From Alphaproteobacteria bacterium (GTDB taxonomy: Bacteria; Pseudomonadota; Alphaproteobacteria; MPNO01; UBA2964): a stretch of DNA of 64,000 nt. Below, piece by piece: positions 9,553-18,693 of this stretch. Each line of letters starts with the position of its first letter. Positions within the stretch are counted from its first letter, which is position 1. Under the pieces are notes generated by a model, which saw only the letters and a list, made by a program, of their open reading frames with translations, did no database searches and was not told the DNA's origin. The position numbers were made by a program, and so were the translations under genes. The stretch spans positions 33,350-97,349 of the forward strand of contig WHUE01000002.1 of assembly GCA_009377375.1 (NCBI GenBank). The letters run 5' to 3'.

Positions 9553-10845
9553 ATGGCCAATGTGGCTGTCGTCGGCGCCCAGTGGGGCGATGAAGGCAAG
9601 GGCAAGATCGTCGACTGGCTGTCCAGTCGGGCGGACGTGGTGGTGCGGTTCCAGGGCGGGCACAACGCCGGCCACACCCTGGTCATCGAAGGCAAGGTCT
9701 ACAAGCTGAGCCTGCTGCCCTCCGGCGTGGTGCGCCAGGGCAAGCTCTCGATCATCGGCAACGGCGTGGTGATCGACCCCTGGGCGCTGTTCAGGGAGAT
9801 CGACGGGCTGGCGGAGCAGGGGGTGGACGTGACCCCGGATCGGCTGCGCATCGCCGAGAACGCTGCGCTGATCCTGCCGCTGCACGGCATCCTCGACCGC
9901 GCGCGCGAGGAAGCCAAGGGCGCGGGCAAGATCGGCACCACCGGGCGCGGCATCGGCCCGGCCTACGAGGACAAGGTGGCGCGGCGCGCGATCCGGATCT
10001 GCGATCTCGCCGACGAGGCGGAACTGCCCGCGCTGGTGGACGACCTGCTGCTGCACCACAACGCGCTGCTGACCGGACTCGGCGCGCCCAGGGTCGACGC
10101 GGCGTCGGTGCTCGATCCCCTGCGCGAGGTCGCGCCCCGGCTGCTGCCCTATGCGGACAGCGTCTGGCGCTGCCTCGACGAGGCGAAGCGCGCCGGAAAG
10201 CGCGTTCTGTTCGAGGGCGCGCAGGGCGCGATGCTGGATGTCGACCACGGCACCTATCCCTACGTCACCTCGTCCAACACCCATGCCGCGCAGGCGGCGG
10301 TTGGCTCGGGCATCGCGGCCAGGGCGACCGGCTTCGTGCTCGGCATCACCAAGGCATACACCACCCGCGTCGGCAGCGGTCCGTTCCCGACCGAGCAGGA
10401 CAACGAGGTCGGCCAGCATCTGGGCGACCGCGGCCGCGAGTTCGGCACCGTGACCGGGCGCAAGCGCCGCTGCGGCTGGTTCGACGCGGTGATGGTGCGA
10501 CAGGCGGTGAAGGTCGGCGGCATCGACGGCATCGCGCTGACCAAGCTCGACGTGCTCGACGAGTTGAAGGAGCTGAAGGTCTGCACCGGCTACCGGTTCG
10601 AGGGCCGCGAATACAGCCATTTCCCGGCCAGCCGCGTGCTCCAGGCCGGGGTCGAGCCGGTTTACGAGACGCTGGAAGGCTGGTCGGACAGCACCTACGG
10701 CGCGCGCAGCTGGGCCGATCTGCCGGCGACTGCGATCAAGTATATCCGCCGCATCGAGGAGCTGATCGAGGCGCCGGTCGCCATGCTGTCCACCAGCCCG
10801 GAGCGCGACGACACCATATTGGTCCGCGACCCCTTCGCGAGCTGA
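9553..10845 (+). CDS. purA: adenylosuccinate synthetase
   Basis: [21 protein letters not shown].. and [20 protein letters not shown] motifs; 430 aa. Confidence 0.95.
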   Translation: MANVAVVGAQWGDEGKGKIVDWLSSRADVVVRFQGGHNAGHTLVIEGKVYKLSLLPSGVVRQGKLSIIGNGVVIDPWALFREIDGLAEQGVDVTPDRLRIAENAALILPLHGILDRAREEAKGAGKIGTTGRGIGPAYEDKVARRAIRICDLADEAELPALVDDLLLHHNALLTGLGAPRVDAASVLDPLREVAPRLLPYADSVWRCLDEAKRAGKRVLFEGAQGAMLDVDHGTYPYVTSSNTHAAQAAVGSGIAARATGFVLGITKAYTTRVGSGPFPTEQDNEVGQHLGDRGREFGTVTGRKRRCGWFDAVMVRQAVKVGGIDGIALTKLDVLDELKELKVCTGYRFEGREYSHFPASRVLQAGVEPVYETLEGWSDSTYGARSWADLPATAIKYIRRIEELIEAPVAMLSTSPERDDTILVRDPFAS

Positions 10846-11045
10846 ACGCGCCGGGGCCGCCGCCGGTGGTGCGTGCCCGGGGGCAGAAGAACGTCCCACG
10901 CGGAACATTTTTAACGCCCCGGCCCGATTCCGCTCCGGAAACCGCCGGTTTCCGCCGCATGCGCCGCACCGGCATTAACGGTCTGTTTGCCCTCGCCGCC
11001 TAGACTGGTCCGGTTCCGGGAACTGTCTTTGCGGGAGTTGCGCGC

Positions 11046-13085
11046 GTGTCTGCTGAACCGGCGGCCACAGAGAACGACCGGTCGCCCGTGTTCGGCGGGG
11101 ATCGCGACACGGTGATCGCCAGGCGCTTTCGCCTCGCGCCCGATTCGCGCCTGCCCGAGCTGGATCTGGGCGCGGCGGAGGCCTACGCGGTGCATGACGA
11201 GCGCGCGCCGGACGACCCGCTGTTCGCCCGCGTGCTGCCCGGCGACGCCCAGCCGCGGCTGGTGATGATGAACAACCTGCGCCACATGCGCGAGGCCAAG
11301 GTGCTGCAGCCGCTCGACTGGGGGCCGGTGCGGGTGCCCGGCTCGCCCCGGCAGCATCTCGCGGTGGTGTTCCGCCGGCCCTCGAACCCGCCCCTCATGA
11401 CGGACTGGAAGGGCAGGATCGTGCCGATGTCCGGCGACGACATTTCCCGCCGGGTGCTGGCGCCGGCCCTGCTGACCCTGGCCTTTCTCGGCCAGCGCGG
11501 GCTGACGCACCGGTCGATCCGGCCCGAGAACATCTACTGGGACGGCGAGGTCAAGGCATCCGTGCTGCTGGGCGACTGCGTGACCAGCGCGCCGGCGGCG
11601 ACCCAGCCGGCGGTGTTCGAAACCATCGAATCCGCGATGACCCCGGCCTATGCGCGGGGCAACGGCTCGATCCAGGACGATTTCTACGCCTTGGGGGCGA
11701 CGCTGCTGATCCTCTCCATGGGACGCTGCCCCGTCGCCGAACTGAGCGACGACAAGATCAACATGCTGAAGCTCCAGAAGGGGTCCTATACGGCGCTGAT
11801 GGCCGGCGAGCGGCCGCCCTTCGGGCTGCGCGAGCTGCTGCGCGGGTTGCTGTCCGACGACATGAACGAGCGCTGGGGGCTGGAGGAGCTCGAACAGTGG
11901 CTCGGCGGCGGGCTGCGCTCCTCGGTGCAGGAGGTCCGCAAGGCCGCGGCCGACCGGCCGTTCCATTTCCAGGGACAGGACTATTTCAACTGCCGCGCCC
12001 TGGCTGACGGGTTCGGGCGCAACTGGAAGGCGGCGGCGAAGGTGCTGCGTGGCGACGGTATGGTCAACTGGCTTCGGCGCAGCGGCGGGGACGCCGAGCT
12101 GGCCGAGCGCGTCGTTGCCATCGTCGCCGCTTCGGAAGGCGGCAAGGGCGGCGAGGGCGACGCGGTCATGGTCGCCCATATCTGCATGCTGCTCGATCAG
12201 ACCGGGCCGCTCCGCTACAAAGGGTTGGTGGTGATGCCGAACGCGCTGGGCTCCATGCTCGCCGCGGCGTTCGACGCCGGCGATGCCACGCAGATACAGC
12301 TTCTCGCGGAAGCCATCAGCAACAATGTGGCGCTGGACTGGTTCCTCGCCCAGTCGGCCCGCAACCAGCTTCTGATGGAAGACCAGATGAAGGAGCTGAA
12401 ATCAGCCCAGGCCCTGTTGCGTCACAAGGGGCCGGGCTACGGCGTGGAACGGCTGCTCTACCAGCTCAACCCGGCGCTGCCCTGCCGCAGCGACCTGGTC
12501 GGCGGGGTCTATATCGACAACGTCCGCGATCTGCTGCCGGTGCTCGACCGGACGGTGGAGAAGCGCGGCGAGCTGAGCCCGCTGGTGGACCGCCACCTGA
12601 CCGCGTTCATCGCCGCCCGGATCAAGGGACAGATCGACCGCATCCTGTCGCGGCTCGAATCCGCCGGCGGGGCGTCGCTGGACATGAAGCTCGGCGTGCT
12701 GCGGCTGTTCGCCAAGCTGCAGGCCACCTACGGGCCCGACGAGGTCCCGTTCCTGACCCAGTGGCTGGCGGTCGAGCTGGAACAGACCGTGCAGCGGATC
12801 AACGGGCGCAGCATGCGCGAGGAGCTGCGCAAGCGGCTTTCGGCGGTCGGGCAGGGCGGCAGCCTTGTGCAGCTCAACGCCTATCTGAACAACGAGACCA
12901 TGCTGAAGCGCGACGAGGCCGGACGGCGGGGGGCGCAGCGGGAATTCTCCGCCGCGGCGCGCGAAATCTCGCAGCTCGAGTCGCACGAGTTCCAGGAATC
13001 GGCGCAGCGTCTCGGCTGGCGCCTCGCGTCCGGCATCAGCGGCGCGGTGTCGCTCGCCGCGATGGCCCTCGTCGTGCTGATATGA
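11046..13085 (+). CDS. membrane-anchored protein kinase-like (probable pseudokinase) protein
   Basis: 679-aa ORF with a catalytic-loop-like HRSIRPENIYWD. It has no clear Gly-rich loop or VAIK motif, and LLGDCV stands in place of DFG. A single C-terminal TM helix (ISGAVSLAAMALVVLI). GTG start; several in-frame ATGs lie downstream. Confidence 0.55.
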   Translation: MSAEPAATENDRSPVFGGDRDTVIARRFRLAPDSRLPELDLGAAEAYAVHDERAPDDPLFARVLPGDAQPRLVMMNNLRHMREAKVLQPLDWGPVRVPGSPRQHLAVVFRRPSNPPLMTDWKGRIVPMSGDDISRRVLAPALLTLAFLGQRGLTHRSIRPENIYWDGEVKASVLLGDCVTSAPAATQPAVFETIESAMTPAYARGNGSIQDDFYALGATLLILSMGRCPVAELSDDKINMLKLQKGSYTALMAGERPPFGLRELLRGLLSDDMNERWGLEELEQWLGGGLRSSVQEVRKAAADRPFHFQGQDYFNCRALADGFGRNWKAAAKVLRGDGMVNWLRRSGGDAELAERVVAIVAASEGGKGGEGDAVMVAHICMLLDQTGPLRYKGLVVMPNALGSMLAAAFDAGDATQIQLLAEAISNNVALDWFLAQSARNQLLMEDQMKELKSAQALLRHKGPGYGVERLLYQLNPALPCRSDLVGGVYIDNVRDLLPVLDRTVEKRGELSPLVDRHLTAFIAARIKGQIDRILSRLESAGGASLDMKLGVLRLFAKLQATYGPDEVPFLTQWLAVELEQTVQRINGRSMREELRKRLSAVGQGGSLVQLNAYLNNETMLKRDEAGRRGAQREFSAAAREISQLESHEFQESAQRLGWRLASGISGAVSLAAMALVVLI

Positions 13086-13099
13086 GGAGGCTCTAGGCC

Positions 13100-13657
13100 A
13101 TGGCGAAGCAGAACGCGGCCAGGAAGCGCCGCCTTGGCAGCCCGACCCTGATCGCCGTGACGCTGGTCGGGACGATCTTCGCCGCCCTGCCGACGGCGAC
13201 TCTGCTGTTCATCGGCATGGCGCCGACGCTCGTCGCCTTCATCGTCGACATGACGCCGGGCCGCTATCTGACGCGCTGCGTCGCCGGGATGAACCTGGCC
13301 GGGCTGGCCCCGTTCCTGCACAACCTGTGGATGAAGGGCAATACCATGTCGCTGGCGATGAACATCGTCACCGACGTCTTCGCCTGGTTCGTCATTTACG
13401 GCGCTTCGGCGCTGGGATGGCTGCTGTTCCTGGGCCTGCCGGGGGCGGTGGCGATGGTCCGCACGCTGAACGGCAGGCGACGCATCTACATGCTGCGCGA
13501 GAAGCAGAAGCAGCTCATCAACGAGTGGGGCGATTCGATCCTGCCCGGTGGCGAGGCCAAGGAGGAAAAGGCGGCGGACAAGCCGGCCGACGAAGCCCGT
13601 AGCCGCGCTGCCGCCGCCCTCGACTCCGCCATCCGCGCCGAGAAGGCGATCTCCTGA
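13100..13657 (+). CDS. small polytopic membrane protein (hypothetical), probably co-transcribed with the kinase-like gene
   Basis: 185 aa, 3-4 predicted TM helices, Lys/Glu-rich C-terminal tail. Starts 15 nt after the upstream stop and has coding-like codon usage. Confidence 0.5.
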   Translation: MAKQNAARKRRLGSPTLIAVTLVGTIFAALPTATLLFIGMAPTLVAFIVDMTPGRYLTRCVAGMNLAGLAPFLHNLWMKGNTMSLAMNIVTDVFAWFVIYGASALGWLLFLGLPGAVAMVRTLNGRRRIYMLREKQKQLINEWGDSILPGGEAKEEKAADKPADEARSRAAAALDSAIRAEKAIS

Positions 13658-13663
13658 ATCGAC

Positions 13664-13685
13664 GGCGGCCCCCGTGGGGGCCGCC
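13664..13685. terminator. perfect GC hairpin (GGCGGCCCCC-GT-GGGGGCCGCC) between convergent genes, candidate bidirectional terminator
   Basis: 10-bp perfect inverted repeat between the + strand membrane-protein gene (ends 13657) and rpoH (- strand, ends 13710). No U-tract, so possibly Rho-assisted. Confidence 0.4.
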
Positions 13686-13709
13686 GCACGCCGTCTCGCC
13701 GGGAACCTG

Positions 13710-14603
13710 TCAGTGCTGCAGCTCGGGCTGCTGCTCGACCGCGGCGTTGCGGATGGCCTTCTGCACCTTCTCGAAGGCGCGGACCTCGATCTGGCGCACG
13801 CGCTCGCGCGAGATGTCGTACTGCGTGCTGAGCTCTTCCAGCGTCTGCGGGCTTTCCTTCAGCCGGCGCTCGGTGAAGATGTGGCGCTCGCGCTCGTTCA
13901 GCATTTTCAGCGCCGCGCCGAGCATCTTGCGGCGGCTCGCCAGCTCCTCGCGCTCGGCCAGGATTTCCTCTTGGCTTTCCGAGTCGTCGACCAGCCAGTC
14001 CTGCCATTCGCCCTCGCCTTCCACGCGCAGCGGCGCGTTCAGCGAGTTGTCCGGCGCGGCGAGGCGGCGGTTCATCGAGATCACGTCCTCCTCCGACACG
14101 TTCAGCGCGGTGGAGATATGCTTCACGTGCTCGGGCGTCAGGTCGCCGTCCTCGATCGCCTGGATCTGCCCCTTCAGCTTGCGCAGGTTGAAGAACAGCT
14201 TCTTCTGCGCCGCCGTGGTGCCGATCTTCACCAGCGACCAGGTGTGCAGGATATATTCCTGGATCGAGGCCTTGATCCACCACATGGCGTAGGTGGCCAG
14301 CCGGAAGCCGCGGTCCGGATCGAACCGCTTGACCGCCTGCATCAGCCCGACATTGCCTTCCGAGATCAGCTCGCCCAGCGGCAGGCCGTAGCCCCGATAG
14401 CCCATCGCGATCTTCGCGACGAGCCGCAGATGGCTGGTCACCATCCGGTGCGCGGCTTCGGTGTCGCCCTCGTCGGCCCAGCGCTTGGCCAGCATGAACT
14501 CTTCCTGCGGCTCCAGGACCGGAAATTTCCGGATTTCCTGGAGGTACCGCGTCAGGTTCGTGCCGGGATCGAGAGACGGAACGGAGGGAACGTTGCTGGC
14601 CAT
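13710..14603 (-). CDS. rpoH: RNA polymerase sigma-32 factor RpoH
   Basis: Sigma-70 regions 2-4 plus an RpoH-box-like segment (QRKLFFNLRKLKG). ATG at 14603 is preceded by a GAAGGAGAAG RBS; the ORF-track start at 14645 is an upstream extension. Confidence 0.9.
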   Translation of the reverse strand: MASNVPSVPSLDPGTNLTRYLQEIRKFPVLEPQEEFMLAKRWADEGDTEAAHRMVTSHLRLVAKIAMGYRGYGLPLGELISEGNVGLMQAVKRFDPDRGFRLATYAMWWIKASIQEYILHTWSLVKIGTTAAQKKLFFNLRKLKGQIQAIEDGDLTPEHVKHISTALNVSEEDVISMNRRLAAPDNSLNAPLRVEGEGEWQDWLVDDSESQEEILAEREELASRRKMLGAALKMLNERERHIFTERRLKESPQTLEELSTQYDISRERVRQIEVRAFEKVQKAIRNAAVEQQPELQH

Positions 14604-14710
14604 TTCGTGCTTCTCCTTCGTAATTGGTCGGCAGTTGCCGCACATACACCGGCGGAGCGCCTGATGGCGCCCGGACCCCCTTCCCCCGACCTTCCTTGTG
14701 ATTGCCAGAA

Positions 14711-14739
14711 AGAATACCGGCTCGGCCCGCAGCGATCAA
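14711..14739 (-). promoter_or_regulatory. candidate sigma-70-type promoter of rpoH (TTGATC-N17-TATTCT)
   Basis: Minus strand reads cTTGATCgctgcgggccgagccggTATTCTttc about 100 nt upstream of the rpoH ATG, followed upstream by an AT-rich UP-like stretch. Confidence 0.3.
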
Positions 14740-14746
14740 GCTAAAA

Positions 14747-15772
14747 TTACACTATCTCTAAACTGTCGATTAAGCTCCTCATATCCTGTGGCAACTCTGA
14801 GGCAAAAATAAGCCACTGTTCGGTCACGGGATGGCGGAATCCCAGCGTACGGGCGTGCAGCGCCTGGCGGCCCAGCGCGCGGACGGCTGCCGCCGCGTCC
14901 TCGCCCAGCGCCCGCCGCCGCGCCGCGCCCGGCCCGCCGCCATAGGCCGGGTCGCCGAGCAGCGCGTGACCGATATGCGCCATGTGAACGCGGATCTGGT
15001 GGGTGCGGCCCGTCGCCAGCCGGCAATCGACCAGGCTTGCCGCCGGGCCCAGCGCGCGCACCGTCCGGTAGCGCGTCAGCGCCGGCTTGCCGCCGCGGGC
15101 CACCACCGCCATCTTCTTCCGGTTGTGCGGGCTGCGGCCGATATTGCCCTCGATCTCGCCGGCGGCGGGCGACGGCGCGCCCCACACCACGGCGCGGTAG
15201 AGGCGCTCTATGCTGCGGTCGGCGAACTGCGCCGCGAGGGCGGCGAGCGCCGGCTCGGTCTTGGCGACCACCATCAGCCCGCTGGTGTCCTTGTCCAGCC
15301 GATGGACGATGCCCGGCCGGCGCACCCCGCCGATCCCGGACAGGCTGTCGCCGCAATGGGCCAGCAGCGCGTTGACCAGCGTGCCGGTCGCGTTGCCCGG
15401 CGCCGGATGGACGACCAGCCCGGGCGGCTTGTCGAGCACCAGCAGCGCGTCGTCCTCGAACACCACGCGCAGGGCGATATCCTCCGCCTCGGGAAGGGCG
15501 GGGGTAGCCTCCGGTACGAAGACGGCGAAGCGCTCGCCCGGTTTGACCCGGCGGGAGGGCTCGGTTATCGTCGCGCCCGCCGCCGACACGTGGCCCGCCT
15601 CGATCAGCGCCTTCAGCCGCGAGCGAGACAGGTGCGGCAGCGCGGCCGTCAGCGCCCGGTCCAGCCGGGCGCCGGCCTCCGCCGCGGCGACGCGATGGAT
15701 CACGCCGCGCCCGGACGAGACAGGGCCGGCGCCGGCGGTTCCGGGCTCGGGGTCGGGCGTGGTTTCGATCAT
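14747..15772 (-). CDS. rluD: 23S rRNA pseudouridine synthase, RluD/RluC (RluA) family
   Basis: S4 domain (RLDRAL..SRSRLKALIEAGHV) and catalytic HRLDKDTSG motif. ATG at 15772; the ORF track begins at a TTG at 15790. The rpoH-rluD arrangement is common in alphaproteobacteria. Confidence 0.85.
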   Translation of the reverse strand: MIETTPDPEPGTAGAGPVSSGRGVIHRVAAAEAGARLDRALTAALPHLSRSRLKALIEAGHVSAAGATITEPSRRVKPGERFAVFVPEATPALPEAEDIALRVVFEDDALLVLDKPPGLVVHPAPGNATGTLVNALLAHCGDSLSGIGGVRRPGIVHRLDKDTSGLMVVAKTEPALAALAAQFADRSIERLYRAVVWGAPSPAAGEIEGNIGRSPHNRKKMAVVARGGKPALTRYRTVRALGPAASLVDCRLATGRTHQIRVHMAHIGHALLGDPAYGGGPGAARRRALGEDAAAAVRALGRQALHARTLGFRHPVTEQWLIFASELPQDMRSLIDSLEIV

Positions 15773-15793
15773 GAACGGAGAGTGGGGCAAACC

Positions 15794-16126
15794 ATGCGGG
15801 CGCTCAAGGCCTTGGTTATCGGAATGGGCGTGCTGATCGCCGCCGGTCTCGTCGTCATCGTCTATGCGGTGGTGGAGCGCGCCTCCGCGCCCAGCGAATC
15901 CGCGCCGGTCGCGGCCGGAGAAGGCACCGGGCCGGAAGCGGCGCGGTCGGCGGCCGAGGAATCGCGTATCGCCCTGCCCTGGGGGGCGGAGATCGCGGAG
16001 ACGCGGCTCGCCGGCGACCGGGTGCTGCTGCGGCTGCGCCTCGCCGACGGGTCGGAAACGGTCGAGATCTTCGAGGCGGCGACCGGCCGCCGGCTCCAGC
16101 GGCTGACCATCGACCGGACGCGCTGA
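15794..16126 (+). CDS. small signal-anchored hypothetical protein
   Basis: 110 aa with an N-terminal TM (ALVIGMGVLIAAGLVVIVYAVV) and a beta-rich C-terminal domain. Its stop lies 2 nt before the GTG of the MPN gene, so the two form an operon-like pair. Confidence 0.5.
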   Translation: MRALKALVIGMGVLIAAGLVVIVYAVVERASAPSESAPVAAGEGTGPEAARSAAEESRIALPWGAEIAETRLAGDRVLLRLRLADGSETVEIFEAATGRRLQRLTIDRTR

Positions 16127-16128
16127 CC

Positions 16129-16614
16129 GTGGCGGCGGCGACCGTGGAGCCCGCGCCCGATGCCGTCCTCCTGCCGCCCGGCATCGCGGGGGCGATCCGC
16201 GCCGCCGCCGAAGCCGCCTGGCCGGAGGAAGCCTGCGGCCTGCTCGCCGGCCGGCGGGACGGCGCGCCGCTCCGCGTGACCCGCGCCGTGCCCTGCGCCA
16301 ACCTCGCCGCCGACCGCCGACGCGCCTTCGAGATCGACCCCCAGGCCTGGCTAGACCTGCGCGCCGCGCTGGCCCGCGAGACGGAGGCGGGCGGGGGCGG
16401 GCAAGACATCGTCGGCTGCTGGCACAGCCATCCCGACGGCCGGGCCGGCCCGTCGCCCCGCGACCTCGCCGCCGCGTGGGAGCCCGGCTTCCTCTGGCTG
16501 GTCGTCGCCGTCACGGGCGGCCGCGCCGCCGCGCCGACCGCGCATCTGTTCGAGGCCGAGGGGCCGGGCCTGGCGCAGCGCCGCTTCCGCCGCCTCGCGG
16601 TGAAGGACGGCTGA
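16129..16614 (+). CDS. Mov34/MPN/JAMM-family metalloprotease-like protein
   Basis: JAMM-like E..HSHP..S..D arrangement (EEACGLLAG..IVGCWHSHPDGRAGPSPRDL). 161 aa. Confidence 0.6.
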   Translation: MAAATVEPAPDAVLLPPGIAGAIRAAAEAAWPEEACGLLAGRRDGAPLRVTRAVPCANLAADRRRAFEIDPQAWLDLRAALARETEAGGGGQDIVGCWHSHPDGRAGPSPRDLAAAWEPGFLWLVVAVTGGRAAAPTAHLFEAEGPGLAQRRFRRLAVKDG

Positions 16615-16704
16615 TCCGGGGCGCTGCGGCGACTATCGCGCCGCGGCCGCGGAATGGGCTTGATCGCCGGCGCCGCTTCTCCTATGAAGTGGGCCATCGG
16701 CCAC

Positions 16705-16780
16705 GTCCCCTTCGTCTAGTGGCCCAGGACGTCGCCCTCTCACGGCGAAAACAGGGGTTCGACTCCCCTAGGGGACGCCA
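16705..16780 (+). tRNA. tRNA-Glu (anticodon CTC)
   Basis: GTCCCCTTCGTCTAGTGGCCCAGGACGTCGCCCTCTCACGGCGAAAACAGGGGTTCGACTCCCCTAGGGGACGCCA gives a cloverleaf with a 7-bp acceptor stem, anticodon loop CTCTCAC, T-arm GGTTCGACTCC and an encoded CCA. Confidence 0.85.
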
Positions 16781-16798
16781 ATTTTTTCAATGCATTAG

Positions 16799-16820
16799 CC
16801 GCCTGCGGGCGGCTTTTTGT
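16799..16820 (+). terminator. Rho-independent terminator after tRNA-Glu
   Basis: GCCGCC-TGCG-GGCGGC hairpin followed by TTTTTGTT. Confidence 0.65.
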
Positions 16821-16865
16821 TGCCCTGTACGGAAAGTATACGGACAACCTGTTGACGCTCCACGG

Positions 16866-17231
16866 CTAGCCGCTGATCGTGCCGATCTCCCTGAGGGCCT
16901 CGAGGAGAGAGTCGCGCTCGAGCGGTTTCGTCAGCAGCGTGTGATGCATGAACCGCTCCGGCACTTCGGCGCCGCTATAGGCGGTCGCGAAAACGAACGG
17001 TACTCCGCGCTCCTTCAGTACTTCCGCGACTGGCCAGACCCGCTCGCGATCGAGGTTGATGTCGAGAACGGCGCCTTCGAGGCCAGTATATCCTGCTACG
17101 TGCAGCGCCTCGCTGACGCTCGCGGCGGGGCCGACCACCGCACAGCCGCACTCCTCCACCAGAGACTCCGTCTCCATGGCGATGAGCAGGTTGTCCTCGA
17201 CAACAAGCACGCGCGGCTGGCCCTGGTCCAC
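16866..17231 (-). CDS. single-domain response regulator (CheY-like receiver)
   Basis: Receiver hallmarks RVLVVEDN..D.., VLDINLDRE, TAYS..., and a K in LLTKPLE. The real start is most likely the GTG at 17231, preceded by a perfect AGGAGAAGCT RBS. The 169-aa ORF-track model adds 48 Arg/Pro-rich residues upstream. Confidence 0.7.
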   Translation of the reverse strand: MDQGQPRVLVVEDNLLIAMETESLVEECGCAVVGPAASVSEALHVAGYTGLEGAVLDINLDRERVWPVAEVLKERGVPFVFATAYSGAEVPERFMHHTLLTKPLERDSLLEALREIGTISG

Positions 17232-17569
17232 AGCTTCTCCTCTTCGTCTCGGCGCCAATCGGTGCGTCCTTGTGCCGGGGGGCGCGGATCGCCCCTTCTC
17301 CGGCGGAACGGAGAGCCGGCACCGCGAACCTTTTCGAGGTCGGGACGGGGCCCTCATGCGGCGCCATCGGCGCAATCCGGCCCATAGTCTTCAACAGCGC
17401 CTTCTCCAGAAAGTTCCCCGCCCGCCCTCAAATAATTCTGGGAATTTTGCCGCCCCCCGGTCGTCCGCCCTAGGCATGCGGGAGAGCAGGTGAGCGGTGG
17501 AGCAGGCAACGGCGGGCAAGCCGGAGCGCCCGTACCGAGCCCCGGCGCCATATCGAACGGGAGTAGACG

Positions 17570-18496
17570 TTGAGCATGCACCTCGCCAGGGAAGTCGTGA
17601 AAGCCTTCGTTCCGCGTCGCCATCGTTTTGCCCTCCGCAGAGCGACATTGGGGCTGGTCCACAAGGGGAACAGCCGGTTTTGCAGGTGCTGCCGAAGCAG
17701 GGTGCGCCGGTTCAGGAGCTTCGGCCACCGGAAGCGCGAGAATGCGCAATGTCCGGTGTGCGGCGCGCTCGAGCGCGACAGGGCCGTCAGCTACTATTTC
17801 GATCTTCACCCGGGGCTCCTCACCGGCACGCGCCGGGTTCTGCATGTGGCGCCGGAGCGGGCCATAGCCTACCGGTTGCAGCGCTGGGACCGGCGGTCCT
17901 ACGTGTCGATCGACATCGAGCCGGGGGCCGCGGACCGGGTCATGGACCTGACCGATCTCGACTTCCGCGACAACAGCTTCGACGCCGTGTACTGCAGCAA
18001 CGTGCTGGAGCACATCGACCGCGACCGAGAGGCGATAACGGAGATGCGCCGCGTGCTGACGCCCTTCGGCTGGGCGATGATCCTGGTGCCGCTGTTCGGC
18101 GAAACCACGCATGAGGATCTCTCGATCGCGGACCCGGCGGAGCGCGAGCGCCTGTACGGCCAGCCCGATCACGTGCGGGCCTACGGCATCGATGTGGCGG
18201 AAAGGCTCGCCGGGTGCGGGTTCGACGTCTGGGTCGAGCAGCCGGCGCGCGGACTCACACAGGAGGAGGCGGAGGCCCAGGGCGTAGCGCCGGACGAGGT
18301 GGTCTTCCTGTGCAAGAAGCCGGCCCCGGGCGAGAAGCCGGCCGCTCGCACGCTGCCGGGTAACTTCGTCCCGGCCTACAGCCGCCAGCCCGCGCTGCGG
18401 AACCGCTACACCGCGGCGTTCTACGTCAATCCTCCGCTAGAGCGGCTGCGGGAGCAGGAGGCGCCGCCTTCCGCTCGCCGGGCCGGTTGGGGTTAG
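17570..18496 (+). CDS. class I SAM-dependent methyltransferase with N-terminal Cys4 zinc-ribbon
   Basis: CRCC..CPVC zinc-ribbon motif followed by a Rossmann MTase core (VLHVAPE.., DAVYCSNVLEHI). TTG start 7 nt after GGGAG; an alternative ATG lies at 17576. Confidence 0.65.
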   Translation: MSMHLAREVVKAFVPRRHRFALRRATLGLVHKGNSRFCRCCRSRVRRFRSFGHRKRENAQCPVCGALERDRAVSYYFDLHPGLLTGTRRVLHVAPERAIAYRLQRWDRRSYVSIDIEPGAADRVMDLTDLDFRDNSFDAVYCSNVLEHIDRDREAITEMRRVLTPFGWAMILVPLFGETTHEDLSIADPAERERLYGQPDHVRAYGIDVAERLAGCGFDVWVEQPARGLTQEEAEAQGVAPDEVVFLCKKPAPGEKPAARTLPGNFVPAYSRQPALRNRYTAAFYVNPPLERLREQEAPPSARRAGWG

Positions 18497-18693
18497 CCGG
18501 CCGGGGCGCCGGTCGCCCGCAGCACGACGATCAGCGCCCCGTATGCGAGCGTCCCCACGATCAGGACATGTCCGATGCCGCCCCAGCCGTCGAAGAGCAT
18601 TATTTCCATCTTCTTCAGCCGCCGCCCCGCCGCGGTCTGACGGCAGCGGGCGGGGCCGGCCGGTTGCCGTCGCGCTGGCCGCCCGCGCCGGGA

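Noticed and set aside
16129-16614. The MPN/JAMM protein as part of a prokaryotic ubiquitin-like (ThiS/MoaD/CysO) conjugation system.
   Set aside because: No ThiS/MoaD-like small protein, E1-like (ThiF/MoeB) or cysteine synthase gene is adjacent. The only partner is a small membrane protein. Insufficient evidence.
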